Sequence record: MN453779.2
DNA: 64,000 bases
Reading direction: 5' to 3' (one strand)
Shown here: positions 10,459 to 20,954 of the stretch, piece by piece
Numbering within the stretch: position 1 is the first letter of the stretch
Layout: each line of letters starts with the position of its first letter
Translations under genes and position numbers: made by a program
The notes under the pieces: model-generated
The model's input: only the letters and a program-made list of their open reading frames with translations
Told to the model about the DNA's origin: nothing
Database searches by the model: none

Positions 10459-13400
10459 ATGAATCAAGATAAACTTAATACGGCCAAGTCGATACTTAAT
10501 CACTTAGGGATTAAAGCTGAATCTCTTCCCAACTTTGTAACAGATTGTTATTCTAAACAAATACCTTGTGTTGATTTAGATGAACGTGTACTAGCTCATT
10601 ATGAAGATGAATCTTTAAGCACCCTTAAAACAGTCAGATTTCTAAAAGACTTCTCAAGGTTTGGTGCAGGTATACATTTAGAGACAACTAACCAAACGTT
10701 TCTAAGGACAGCTGAGTTATTTAGGCAGATGGGAATTAAGAACTATTTCTTTATGCTTCAGCTTAATAACCCATTACTCAAAGATGTTGATCCATGGGCT
10801 GATGATTTAACCGATGAACAGAAGTTCATGGTATTGGAAGAGGCAAGATGTAATATATGGTACTGCCTTAGAGAACTAATTAAAATTGATGGTAGAAGGT
10901 TTCAGGGTAACCGTGCTGTTATTAGCTTTATATGGTCCTGTTTGAACCATATTCCGACACTAATATTGATGCCACGCCAATCTGGGAAAGCCATGCATAG
11001 CGCTGCCAACATAAAGGTACCTGGGGGGTGGTCGTGCATAAAAGATATCAAAGTGGGGGATGTAGTCACTTCTAAAGACGGTTCACTATCTAATGTTACA
11101 GGCGTTTTTCCTCAAGGAACGACTGATATTTATCGTGTTCATTTTGTTGATGGTAGGGCTGCTGATTGTTGCGGTGAACACCTTTGGACAGTTTGGGACG
11201 CTGGTAAGGGACGGCGTGGTAAATGGAGGGTGATGGACACTCTTTCGATAATGGAAAGAATTCCTGAATTGAAACGTGCTAGAAACCATTTATCGGTCCC
11301 TCTTATTGATCCTGATAAAACCACCCCTCCTAGCAATTTACCTTTACATCCTTATTTGTTAGGTGTCTTGCTTGGTGACGGGTCATTGGGACAAGGTAGT
11401 GTTTCTATTACTAAACCAGATCCTGAACTACAAAAAAGAGTTTCAAAAATTTTACCTAAAGGTTACGTTATTTCTCAGCACTCAGAGATTAAACGTTTCG
11501 GTATTGTAAAGGGGGAGGATTTTGATTCTAGCAAACACACTTCTATACAGGACTTGTTGCGAGAACTCAAATTACATGGTACTAGCACGTTCACTAAGTT
11601 TATCCCCGAGTGTTATAAATTAGCTTCTCACGGTCAGCGTCTTCGGTTACTACAAGGATTGATGGACACAGACGGGACTGCTGAGAAGGGGGGAAATACT
11701 TATTATTCCACTAGTAATGAACAACTAGCTAATGACGTTTTATACTTAGCTAGAAGCTTAGGTAATATTGCTAGGATTAAGAAGGAACAAAAATATTACA
11801 CACATAAAGGGGAGCGTAAACCAGGTCAACCTAGTTATAGAGTTCTGATTCGTAGTAGGGAACCATGGAACCTATTCCAAGATCCTAAGCGTAAAGCTCG
11901 TGTACAAAACTGCACAAGGGGTTTGGTGTTTAACAGTAAGTTAGCTATCTACTCTGTTGAGAAGCTTCCTGAGCAAGCTAAGACCATTTGTATTGAGATT
12001 GATCACCCTGATCAGTTGTACATCGTAGATGACTTCGTAGTAACTCACAACACTGTTGGTATGCAGGTAATGGCTTTCATATTACAGTATATCATCGGGC
12101 GTGGTTATCGTACAGGACTTATCACTCTTGCAGCTTCTAACCGGATGCAGTTCATTAATGCACTTAAGAAGATTCGAGCTGGACTTCCTGAGTACATGAT
12201 TAACATGAACTACAAGGACAAGGATGCTGGTAACATTCTTTCTTATCAGGCATACGGACAGGATAAAGAAAACACCTTTGAAGTAAAAGTACCTAGTGGT
12301 GGTGAAGATGGTGCCGAAAACGTATCTCGTGGTAACACGTTTGAAACACTGTTATTTGACGAACCAGCTTGGACTAAGTACATTGAAAACATAATGAACG
12401 GTGCTGGTCCTAGTACATTGACTGCTCAGAAGAATGCTCGGGAAAAGGGTATTCCTTACTTTACAGCAGAAGCTACTACTCCTAATAGTGTACTTAAGGA
12501 CGAAGGTAAGTACATGCATGACAAGATGGTTTCTAGTACTGAATGGAGAGAGATCTTCTTTGACAGTTACAGTGAGACACATTTAGTCGAAAGAGTAATG
12601 AAAGCTTCACCTGTGAAAACCACTTATCCTAGATTTGCTATGCAGTTTAACCATTTACAATTAGGTTTTGGTCACGATTGGGTTAAACGGACAATGGATA
12701 AGTTAGGTTTGAGCTGGGCTAAGGCCAAGATAGACCTTTTGCTTTTCTGGAGTGAAGACTCTAAGAATAAACTCTTTGATGACAAAACTCGGGAGAAACT
12801 TAACGATAGTAAAGTTGAACCGATTTGGAATGAGGAGATAAATGATACTGGTTTGTTTGTAGATTGGTTTGTCACTAAGGAGAGATTAGACGAGTTAGTA
12901 AATGATCCAACTGAGTTTATCTTGATGGGTGTCGATACATCTGATGCTATTAACAAGGATGCTTGTACATTAGTATTAAGACGCATGAAGACTGGTGAGA
13001 ACATTGGGGTAGGGCGTTATCCATTAGCATTCTTGGATGACGTTACAACTGTTCTGCGCGAGATGATCTTGAGGATTGAAAACTCTTTATTGATTATTGA
13101 ACGTAACCGTGCTGCGCACATGATCGAGCAACTGTTACTGACATTACCAAGTTACGGAATAGATCCATTTAAGCGTATATTCAACGATATTTATCAAGAT
13201 CCGATTAAATATAAAAATGAATATCGTGATGTTCAAGAGGTAATGTTCAAGTTTAGAACTAAAGAGTTTTATTTGAAACATAAAGCCAGATTTGGGTTCT
13301 TAACTAATGCTGAAACTCGTAGACAGATGTATGGGTTTATTTTGGAAGCTGTGAGCAATACTGGTAGTGGGATTAGATACAGACATTTGGTGGATGAACT

Positions 13401-13827
13401 AATTGGTTTGGAAACTGATATGGATGGTCGTATTGACCACGGTAAGAAAGGTCATGACGACTTGGTAATTGCTTGGCTGTTAAGTTATTGGGCCATTCGT
13501 ATGTTGAAGAATAGTTCACTGTACGGCATTCCTCCTGGTCAAGCTTTAACTCAGATCTCTACTTTAACTGGTAGTCAAGACGGCGAGAACTATACCAAAG
13601 ATCAACTAGAATTGTTTATGTTGATTAAGGAACGCATTGAACAGTTGAGTAAAGAACTGGAAGATAGTGATTCTGATATGGTTGGTAAGCGCATTGAGTT
13701 AGAGATACGTAAATTGGGAGAATTCATTCCTAAGAGTCTCAAACGCGTATTGACTATTGACGAAATCATTAGCAATGCTTCTGCCGAACGTAGTAAACGT
13801 GCCATCAACAGACGTTTTAATAGATAA
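10459..13827 (+). CDS. terL: Terminase large subunit, intein-containing (768-aa extein)
   Basis: Walker A PRQSGK|T split by an intein, Walker B LLFDE, nuclease GVDTS and HDDLVIAW motifs. Position matches the phiKZ terminase. Confidence 0.9.
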   Translation: MNQDKLNTAKSILNHLGIKAESLPNFVTDCYSKQIPCVDLDERVLAHYEDESLSTLKTVRFLKDFSRFGAGIHLETTNQTFLRTAELFRQMGIKNYFFMLQLNNPLLKDVDPWADDLTDEQKFMVLEEARCNIWYCLRELIKIDGRRFQGNRAVISFIWSCLNHIPTLILMPRQSGKAMHSAANIKVPGGWSCIKDIKVGDVVTSKDGSLSNVTGVFPQGTTDIYRVHFVDGRAADCCGEHLWTVWDAGKGRRGKWRVMDTLSIMERIPELKRARNHLSVPLIDPDKTTPPSNLPLHPYLLGVLLGDGSLGQGSVSITKPDPELQKRVSKILPKGYVISQHSEIKRFGIVKGEDFDSSKHTSIQDLLRELKLHGTSTFTKFIPECYKLASHGQRLRLLQGLMDTDGTAEKGGNTYYSTSNEQLANDVLYLARSLGNIARIKKEQKYYTHKGERKPGQPSYRVLIRSREPWNLFQDPKRKARVQNCTRGLVFNSKLAIYSVEKLPEQAKTICIEIDHPDQLYIVDDFVVTHNTVGMQVMAFILQYIIGRGYRTGLITLAASNRMQFINALKKIRAGLPEYMINMNYKDKDAGNILSYQAYGQDKENTFEVKVPSGGEDGAENVSRGNTFETLLFDEPAWTKYIENIMNGAGPSTLTAQKNAREKGIPYFTAEATTPNSVLKDEGKYMHDKMVSSTEWREIFFDSYSETHLVERVMKASPVKTTYPRFAMQFNHLQLGFGHDWVKRTMDKLGLSWAKAKIDLLLFWSEDSKNKLFDDKTREKLNDSKVEPIWNEEINDTGLFVDWFVTKERLDELVNDPTEFILMGVDTSDAINKDACTLVLRRMKTGENIGVGRYPLAFLDDVTTVLREMILRIENSLLIIERNRAAHMIEQLLLTLPSYGIDPFKRIFNDIYQDPIKYKNEYRDVQEVMFKFRTKEFYLKHKARFGFLTNAETRRQMYGFILEAVSNTGSGIRYRHLVDELIGLETDMDGRIDHGKKGHDDLVIAWLLSYWAIRMLKNSSLYGIPPGQALTQISTLTGSQDGENYTKDQLELFMLIKERIEQLSKELEDSDSDMVGKRIELEIRKLGEFIPKSLKRVLTIDEIISNASAERSKRAINRRFNR
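10990..12051 (+). mobile_element. Class 3 intein with LAGLIDADG homing endonuclease (354 aa)
   Basis: Starts with Ala (AMHSAAN) and ends VVTHN|T. Shows the W-C-T triad: HLW in block B, TICIEI in block F, THN in block G. LAGLIDADG motifs LLGVLLGDGS and LLQGLMDTDG. Confidence 0.88.
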
Positions 13828-13836
13828 GGGGCTAAT

Positions 13837-14100
13837 ATGATTTATGGATTAATAACAGTTGTTTGGTTACTGTTTTGTTATGTTACAGACCTTAATGATT
13901 TATACATTATACCGGCGTGTTTCTTTATCGGAAGAGAGGTCGCTCAAGCTGAACAAAGGGTGATCTCACAATACTACGGTAATAAGAGGGTAAATGCTCC
14001 TTGGTATTGTGGTCTTGAGGAAAGAGCTTGGACTAAGAAGGGAATACTGGATTTAGTTATTCCTTGGTTGGTAACTTTGTGTTATAGTTTTATCATTTAA
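13837..14100 (+). CDS. Small membrane protein
   Basis: 87 aa with hydrophobic ends and a GREVAQAE...GNKRVNAPW core. GGGG RBS. Confidence 0.6.
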   Translation: MIYGLITVVWLLFCYVTDLNDLYIIPACFFIGREVAQAEQRVISQYYGNKRVNAPWYCGLEERAWTKKGILDLVIPWLVTLCYSFII

Positions 14101-14108
14101 ATAATTTA

Positions 14109-14141
14109 AACTCTACTTACTCCTAAGGAGTAAGTAGAGTT
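14109..14141. terminator. Terminator hairpin
   Basis: AACTCTACTTACTCCT-a-AGGAGTAAGTAGAGTT inverted repeat. Confidence 0.75.
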
Positions 14142-14208
14142 ACTTTTGTTATTTCCTATAATTTCTTAAACCTATATTATTGTAGAGAAGTATTAAGGAG
14201 TTATAGTT

Positions 14209-15255
14209 ATGATAAATGTTTATTTCTCAGAATTACCTAAAACTTTAACTGAAATATTAGGGTTAAAGTACGATGGTACTATGTCTTATGAAGAACGCGT
14301 TCAGAAAAGATATGATTACATTAAAGAACAGTACGAACTAGATAACAAATATGAAGGATGGGATTACTTAGAGAATGTTAAATACGGTTTAAAGTTTGAT
14401 CATTTAATTACTTTTGAATATATGATATCTACTAAAGGTAGGATTTTAACTTTATTTATGCAAGAAGGAAGATATAAAGTACTTAGAGGAGATATTAGTA
14501 GGACTGGGTACAGTAACCAAACTATAACTATGGATAAATCTGGTTATAAGTGTTCGCGGCACCGATCCTTGTCTTCAACATTCATCCCTAAACCAAGTCA
14601 TTATAAACAAGGAATAAATCGTTTAGTAGTTAATCATAAAGATTTAATTAAGTTAAATAACCACTTTACTAATTTAGAATGGTGTACTAATCAGGAGAAT
14701 TTACGTCATCAAGTTATTGAGCATGGCAAGGTTAACGTTTATTTTAATCAAATATTTGAAGGTACGGTAGAAATAGATTGTAAATACAAAGGTGTTAAGT
14801 TTAAAGTATTTGGGGCGGAGGGGTTAGAAGAAATAGGACTTTACCGTGGATGTATTAATGAAATTTTCTCTGGTAGAAAGGAGCTTTCATTTGGTTGTAG
14901 TTGGAAGATAATAACTCAGGAAGAGGCTGATAAACTTCCAGATATTCCAGAATTCATTAAAGATAAGTTTATAAACAACATACCCTATACGGATATAAGA
15001 GTTAAACCTTTGAAAGGTACTGTTGTTAGGGACTGTGAATATAAAGGTTTAGAATTCGTAACTTATGGTAAACAAGAACTAGTGTCTTTAGGGTTTAATC
15101 AAGGTAATGTTTCAGTTTCTATCACAACCGGAAAGGTTACCCAGAGTTGTTTATGGGAATATATTTCCAGAGATGAGGCAGAATTATTACAAAGAGGATT
15201 AACTAAAGATCAACAGAAAGTTATTGTTACCAAGAGAGGACCTAATAAGAAGTAA
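14209..15255 (+). CDS. Free-standing HNH homing endonuclease
   Basis: HR.L...FIP...VVNHKDLIKLNNHFTNLEWCT.QEN HNH core plus two C-terminal repeats. Has its own early promoter (14173) and a downstream hairpin (15259-15284). Confidence 0.85.
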   Translation: MINVYFSELPKTLTEILGLKYDGTMSYEERVQKRYDYIKEQYELDNKYEGWDYLENVKYGLKFDHLITFEYMISTKGRILTLFMQEGRYKVLRGDISRTGYSNQTITMDKSGYKCSRHRSLSSTFIPKPSHYKQGINRLVVNHKDLIKLNNHFTNLEWCTNQENLRHQVIEHGKVNVYFNQIFEGTVEIDCKYKGVKFKVFGAEGLEEIGLYRGCINEIFSGRKELSFGCSWKIITQEEADKLPDIPEFIKDKFINNIPYTDIRVKPLKGTVVRDCEYKGLEFVTYGKQELVSLGFNQGNVSVSITTGKVTQSCLWEYISRDEAELLQRGLTKDQQKVIVTKRGPNKK

Positions 15256-15350
15256 ATCCAACACCTTCCTAATGGAAGGTGTTGGTATAAATAACCTCAT
15301 TTTCTTTTTATTGATTTTATGACCCTTTAATTTAACTAAGGAAATGAATT

Positions 15351-17819
15351 ATGCATAACACTGGGAACCCCTTGGGCTCAAAAGACATCCTTGATCTCTA
15401 TGACAACAGTGAGAACATCGATTACTTTGTTAATTCGCAAGAAGACGAACACCCAGATCGGTTTGGTGTTAAACGACTTACTTTGGCCGGATTGATCAAA
15501 CGCTCCATGGCGCTGCGAAATGAAATCAATGATTTCTCCGGTGCACTACCATTTACACCTGCATGGTCTGATGTTCCAATGAACGTCAGCACTGGCGTCG
15601 GGGGTGAAGGAGGCGCACTTAACCTTCAAGCTAGTGCGCTTGGTAACCGAACTGAATATCTTAAAGAAAGTGTTGATGGGCTTTTTTCTCGTTCAATTGA
15701 TCTTTCTGCGGCTAAATATGGGATCAAGGGACTTGCTACAGACATTAATGGTGTGAAGCAAGCCATTAGTGACGCCGAGGAATACGGTCTCTCAATCACC
15801 GCCCCTAAGAACCTGGTGATTAAGTTAGTAGGCACTGACGTTCTTACCTTCAGCTCAAGTTGTGACTTCAATCATTGCAAAATTGATTTGTCTGGGTTCT
15901 CAGGTAGAATCGTCTTTACAGATGGTGGTGTCTGGACAACTTATGATCAAACCCACCCTGTTGTCTCCAAACTGAATGCAGTGGCGACACTAGATGGAAC
16001 AGTTATTAATGCTTGGGACGGGGTTCCAGAAGTTGAGAACAGTTTCGTTAAATTTAACACCAATCAAAATTTCTACAGCTATCGACAAGCTGTTGTTAAA
16101 CGGAATGAACTTAACTGTCATACTCGATTTGGACAGCTTGACAGTTCATTCCTTTATCCGTTACCTGGATCTGCTATAACTTCGGTAGAAGTTAAGAAGT
16201 TCCCTGAGACTTATACAGTTGTCAAGAACATCAACTTCCACTTAGGTTCCAATGACACCATTAGTGATCTCGTCACTATCTCTGGTAGCTTATTGATTTT
16301 TGAGAACGTTATTTTTAACCAAAATAACTTTAAAAATATACTCAAAAATCAAACCTGGCTGTCAGTGGTTAAATCCGCATATGTTCAGGTAAGGAACGTT
16401 CGTTTTGTTTGGGTTTCGATCTCTGGCGCTACTAGCGGATATACGTACAACATTGGGATGTACGACTCCTACCACCTTAGGTTTGATAACGTTAAAGGCA
16501 GTGGTGATGGATGGGGTGCTACTGGTAGTAACCTTTGTCGCATTATCAAGTTTAACGAATGTCATTTATCTCGGATTGACTTCCACCAGCCTTTTAGTGA
16601 GTTAATGCAGATCAGCAACTCCAAGCTGGGAAGTTGGGGCATTTTGGTCACTGCAATTGGTAACTTGCTGATTGAAAATACCGAGTTTACTATTTCTGAT
16701 AACATCAACATCAATAACCATGGCTATATTCGGAGTCGTGACGATACCGGTGGTTTCTGTGATGGTGACTTGAAAATTCGCAACTGTTTCTTTACTGACA
16801 ACACTTCTACCGCGATGCAAGACCTGATCAAACATCAATATTCGAATAATCCTAAGCCTGCTGATTCACCAATCACCTATCGATACTGGCGGACAATTGA
16901 AATTATTGGCATTGGATGTAATAAGCGTCTTAATCTGGCTCCTAACATTGTTCCCAACGTTGGTATTTGTTACCCGATTAAGATTACAATTAGGAATGGG
17001 GTACGTGGCGACTTTGAATTTAATTCGCGTGACTTCAAAGATTATATCCCAACTGTCACTAAGCTCTATCCAAGTAATACTCCAATCAGTAACTACCCGA
17101 ACGTCTCTATCTCCATCGATGATTTGAACTTGAGATACATCTCCGTGGTTGAAGCGGCGAGTAGCAGTAAGTTTAACTTCCATGTTAACTTATCGAAAAT
17201 CTACAACACGGACCGGAACACTGGGTGTTTAGTGGAAACTACCGTTGAAGGTGTTTTGAATATCACGGACTCCATCATAGGTGGACTGGACTTCTATTCT
17301 GGTGGATTCACCAATAAATATCTTTGGGTTTCCATGATGGGTGGTGCGTTGAAACACGATGGTAGTCTAAACCAAGAACCATTGAATGGTTTCAATTCTT
17401 TTGTTTCGGTAAATCTCATTAATGTGCTTATTTCTACAATCTCTGAAGCAATGTTAGGTATTATAGCCAAAGCGAAAGTCTCAAGCTGCAACTATATTGT
17501 TGCTGATGCGGCTCAGCAAGGGTTATTAATTGGTAACTTCAACACTAATAATGGCTGGACAGGGCCAGTTGAATTACCCATCCCTGCATCGTTTAACAGA
17601 ATGAACATGTTGACATTGATCACTGGTTTTGACAGTGATAATAGTCGTAAATCCCACACGTTCATGCTAGCCAGGGCAAATTGTTCAATAACGATTGAAT
17701 ATCTTCCTGGAAGTCATCTAACTGTGACAACTGGTGCAGGTAACTCAAAAATCACGGTATCGAGTACTGAGTACACTACTCCAGCATCTGTTCCAAGATC
17801 TCTTTACGTTTATAGTTAA
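15351..17819 (+). CDS. Tailspike / tail fibre, probable beta-helix polysaccharide depolymerase
   Basis: N-terminal TGNPLGS.D..DLYDN.EN.D...DRFG anchor and GGEGG.LN.QA..LGNRT.YLK fibre motif. Then a long N/S/I-rich repetitive beta-strand region typical of parallel beta-helices. Confidence 0.75.
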   Translation: MHNTGNPLGSKDILDLYDNSENIDYFVNSQEDEHPDRFGVKRLTLAGLIKRSMALRNEINDFSGALPFTPAWSDVPMNVSTGVGGEGGALNLQASALGNRTEYLKESVDGLFSRSIDLSAAKYGIKGLATDINGVKQAISDAEEYGLSITAPKNLVIKLVGTDVLTFSSSCDFNHCKIDLSGFSGRIVFTDGGVWTTYDQTHPVVSKLNAVATLDGTVINAWDGVPEVENSFVKFNTNQNFYSYRQAVVKRNELNCHTRFGQLDSSFLYPLPGSAITSVEVKKFPETYTVVKNINFHLGSNDTISDLVTISGSLLIFENVIFNQNNFKNILKNQTWLSVVKSAYVQVRNVRFVWVSISGATSGYTYNIGMYDSYHLRFDNVKGSGDGWGATGSNLCRIIKFNECHLSRIDFHQPFSELMQISNSKLGSWGILVTAIGNLLIENTEFTISDNININNHGYIRSRDDTGGFCDGDLKIRNCFFTDNTSTAMQDLIKHQYSNNPKPADSPITYRYWRTIEIIGIGCNKRLNLAPNIVPNVGICYPIKITIRNGVRGDFEFNSRDFKDYIPTVTKLYPSNTPISNYPNVSISIDDLNLRYISVVEAASSSKFNFHVNLSKIYNTDRNTGCLVETTVEGVLNITDSIIGGLDFYSGGFTNKYLWVSMMGGALKHDGSLNQEPLNGFNSFVSVNLINVLISTISEAMLGIIAKAKVSSCNYIVADAAQQGLLIGNFNTNNGWTGPVELPIPASFNRMNMLTLITGFDSDNSRKSHTFMLARANCSITIEYLPGSHLTVTTGAGNSKITVSSTEYTTPASVPRSLYVYS

Positions 17820-17822
17820 CAA

Positions 17823-17854
17823 AACCTCTACTCCCCATTTGGGGAGTAGAGGTT
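17823..17854. terminator. Bidirectional terminator hairpin
   Basis: AACCTCTACTCCCCA-tt-TGGGGAGTAGAGGTT between convergent genes. Confidence 0.8.
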
Positions 17855-17861
17855 ACTTTAC

Positions 17862-18494
17862 TTACGCCGCTACTTTAAAATTGTTAACAATTTTAAGCAA
17901 GTTTTCCAAACTAGTTTCATCTGGACGAAGGATTTGAACGTTAACACCAAACTGATCTACCAAGTAATCAAGAGAACGTAGGTATTTGTCGCGATATGTT
18001 TCAAATACATCCTTATCTTTGAACATCAAATCCTTGGCATTGACCTCGCGTTTTTCCTCGACCGCTTTATTAAGTCGTTCCAAGAATTCTTCATGATTAA
18101 TATCAATAAAAATAACGAGGGACGGAAGAATATCAAATCCGTAACTTGACAAGAGCTTCTTGTTGAATTGAAAGATCTCGCTTGGAGTCACGTGGTCGTC
18201 TGATTGATAGACCATAGAGGTGATGAAATTGCGATCACTGATGACATCACGACCGTGTTTCAAATAAGGTCCAATGACCTTTTGGAATGCTTCCACCCGA
18301 CTCACCCCAAAACCTTGGATCTCTTCATCCTTGGTCATGGTGTTACTAACGAGTTTGGCTTTAAAAGCTTGACTCTCCGGACTTTCATTGAAAGGTTCTG
18401 CTGTAACCCGGGCCTTAATGGCAGCTCCGAGCTTTTTACAAACGGTCGATTTTCCGCCAAAGTCCATTGCTTCGACGACAATATACAATCCCAC
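17862..18494 (-). CDS. tmk: Thymidylate kinase
   Basis: IVVEAMDFGGKST P-loop, TAEP and SDRNFITSMVYQ motifs. Confidence 0.88.
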   Translation of the reverse strand: MGLYIVVEAMDFGGKSTVCKKLGAAIKARVTAEPFNESPESQAFKAKLVSNTMTKDEEIQGFGVSRVEAFQKVIGPYLKHGRDVISDRNFITSMVYQSDDHVTPSEIFQFNKKLLSSYGFDILPSLVIFIDINHEEFLERLNKAVEEKREVNAKDLMFKDKDVFETYRDKYLRSLDYLVDQFGVNVQILRPDETSLENLLKIVNNFKVAA

Positions 18495-18505
18495 ACTCTA
18501 CTCCT

Positions 18506-19981
18506 TTATTTATAATAGTCACGCACTAATGTTCTAATTACAATGTACAACATCAACCCATTACGTAGACAAGCCACGCTGTACTGAGTCTTGATTCCGG
18601 TCATTGCTGTGATTAACTTATCACCATTCTTTCTAAGCTTGTGAACCAATTCATTAATTGACTTATTACTAGTGTATCCGCCGCGTAGTTTATATACAAC
18701 GTTGCTCAAGTCATTATAACGTATAGAGTTAGAGCTCAGGTACTCAAAAAGGTGAGTAATAACATCATCTACAAACTCTCTGTATTTCTCACCCTTTGGA
18801 TGATTGTACTGGGTAGGAAACTCTTTAACTACTAAAGCCAATTTATCTTCAAATTGTTTCTGTGCTTTAGAGTCATCAATTGCTTTGGCGGCAAAACCCA
18901 GCAGTTCTTGCTTGTAGAAAGAGTGTCCATCAGTGATAATGTTATTGATGTAAGTACGAAAGGCATTTACATTCTTTTGAATATCTTTCAGGTCGATCTG
19001 ACCATCGCTAATAACAAAGCCTGATTCTGTTTCCACCAGGTTAACACTATCTTTAACCTCATAAAGCACTTTGGTAAAATCGTTAACAACACCCTTTAAA
19101 CGGGATTCCATGTCATTTACCATGTAGACAATTTTCTTATCATTGTCCATTTTGGTGAATGTGTCATAGTGGATACCTGTTTTAGGATCAATAATGAATT
19201 CAGCACGTGCTTTAAACAGAGCATTCCAACTACCGTAACGTTTGATGTCAAACTTCATCGACAGTTTGTTATAAGCAGTTTGAGCAACACTAGGTTTTAC
19301 CAAATAAGCAAAATAGTGGTTCATGATAGATGTTAAAATACGATAGTGGAATAACACCACCAAATTAACTAAAGCGTCATCTTTCATATTTTTCGGTAAA
19401 TTGGATTTGTGTACCTTATGCATCAAATAAACAATGGATAAGTTAAATGCATCTGAAGATACTTTAAAGTCCTTATTGACCCACTTACACTTTATTAACT
19501 CATCACGAAGCTTTACTTCATCAACGTCAATAATATCTGTAAAGAAAGCTACGCGATCAGCAGTTTTAAAAACGATTCGATGTGTACCAAGATATGGTGT
19601 CCCGAAGAACTCTGCGTGATCGTTATCTTTAGTTGCAAAACCATAAACAAAACGTCTAAGAGTGGAAACCCATTTGGGAGTAATTTCCAGGTCTTCTACT
19701 AACCCTTCAAAAACACCATAAACTGAATGATCAGTGTTGTAGTTGTAGTTTGGGACTAAAGCTTCTAACCCAGCAATACATTCGGCAATATCCTCAAAGC
19801 TTTCTAAACCACCATATTCGGTTATAGACCGAACAGGGGCAAACATAGAGCTAAGATACTCTTCGCTTCCAGAAAGCTTACTAAGGACTTCCTGTAGCTC
19901 TAAAAAGCTATTATCGTAATCTGCTTCTTCTAAAGGTTCAGGATTAAATCTAGCTTGAACCTGATGGCTAAATTGATTCAT
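18506..19981 (-). CDS. Conserved hypothetical phage protein
   Basis: 491-aa helical ORF in an operon with its neighbours, GGAG RBS. Confidence 0.7.
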   Translation of the reverse strand: MNQFSHQVQARFNPEPLEEADYDNSFLELQEVLSKLSGSEEYLSSMFAPVRSITEYGGLESFEDIAECIAGLEALVPNYNYNTDHSVYGVFEGLVEDLEITPKWVSTLRRFVYGFATKDNDHAEFFGTPYLGTHRIVFKTADRVAFFTDIIDVDEVKLRDELIKCKWVNKDFKVSSDAFNLSIVYLMHKVHKSNLPKNMKDDALVNLVVLFHYRILTSIMNHYFAYLVKPSVAQTAYNKLSMKFDIKRYGSWNALFKARAEFIIDPKTGIHYDTFTKMDNDKKIVYMVNDMESRLKGVVNDFTKVLYEVKDSVNLVETESGFVISDGQIDLKDIQKNVNAFRTYINNIITDGHSFYKQELLGFAAKAIDDSKAQKQFEDKLALVVKEFPTQYNHPKGEKYREFVDDVITHLFEYLSSNSIRYNDLSNVVYKLRGGYTSNKSINELVHKLRKNGDKLITAMTGIKTQYSVACLRNGLMLYIVIRTLVRDYYK

Positions 19982-19995
19982 TTAATCCTTCTCCA

Positions 19996-20847
19996 TTAAC
20001 GCTTTCTTGGGACCATCATTTTCAGCGAATCACTAACACCTTTTGGATCAGCGTAAGCAAGGTGTTTCTTTAATTCTTCGTTGAAGAACTCTTTAAACTC
20101 TCTAGCAGAATCTGCGTAACGTTCTACATCATCGCGCACATCGTCCACAGATACACCATAACGACTCACAGCCTCTTGCATACCTCTACGACACGTCTTA
20201 TAAATGTAAGCCTTTGTAGCTAGTTCTACGAGTTCGTAGAACTTATCGTACATCTTAGGTGGGATTACTGAGAAGTGTTCGTCGTAAGCTAAAATTACTT
20301 TAGCGATCATATTAAACATCGCTGCGCCAGCATCTCTTATTAAGAAAGAGTTATTACCAGTCATGGTGAAACTAGTAAATGAACGCTGTACGTTACTGTC
20401 GTCCAAACCAGTCATTAGTCTATTTAGTGCATTACCCACCTGACCACCAGTTCCGCAAGCACCATTCCCACTTGTCATGTTATAACCAGATGCAATAGCG
20501 CGATTAAGATTACCCGGATACACTTCAATAACTGAAATAATCTTTCTACCGCCCGTAAGAAAATCTGGTACATTTACATGTATATGTCCGCCCTGCATGT
20601 TCGTTATTCTAGCGCTGCTTAAATCAATGATCTCACTCGAACCTCCTATCACGTTAAGCAACGGTGCAACCATCTTGAGAATTACTTTCTCACGGATACC
20701 TTGCTCAATACTGTATTCAGTGTTAACAGGAGACCATACAGAACCAAATCCGGCGTTTGGGTTATCGAACGCTAACTTTAACAAATATTCAGGAATATCA
20801 TTAACTCCTGATATTAAATTTTGAATAGAAAAGTCCACTGGTGACAT
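19996..20847 (-). CDS. Conserved hypothetical, possibly virion protein
   Basis: 283-aa ORF with AAGGA RBS. The virion role is inferred only. Confidence 0.65.
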   Translation of the reverse strand: MSPVDFSIQNLISGVNDIPEYLLKLAFDNPNAGFGSVWSPVNTEYSIEQGIREKVILKMVAPLLNVIGGSSEIIDLSSARITNMQGGHIHVNVPDFLTGGRKIISVIEVYPGNLNRAIASGYNMTSGNGACGTGGQVGNALNRLMTGLDDSNVQRSFTSFTMTGNNSFLIRDAGAAMFNMIAKVILAYDEHFSVIPPKMYDKFYELVELATKAYIYKTCRRGMQEAVSRYGVSVDDVRDDVERYADSAREFKEFFNEELKKHLAYADPKGVSDSLKMMVPRKR

Positions 20848-20919
20848 TGTGTTTATCCTTATAATTAGGTTACTTTAGGAAGTTACAAAAGATCAAAAAT
20901 CAATAATGAATAAACATAA

Positions 20920-20951
20920 ACCCTACCCTCCCAATTAAGGGAGGGTAGGGT
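20920..20951 (-). terminator. Terminator closing the minus-strand non-coding transcript
   Basis: ACCCTACCCTCCC-aattaa-GGGAGGGTAGGGT, followed on the minus strand by TTATGTTTATT. Confidence 0.7.
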
Positions 20952-20954
20952 AAC

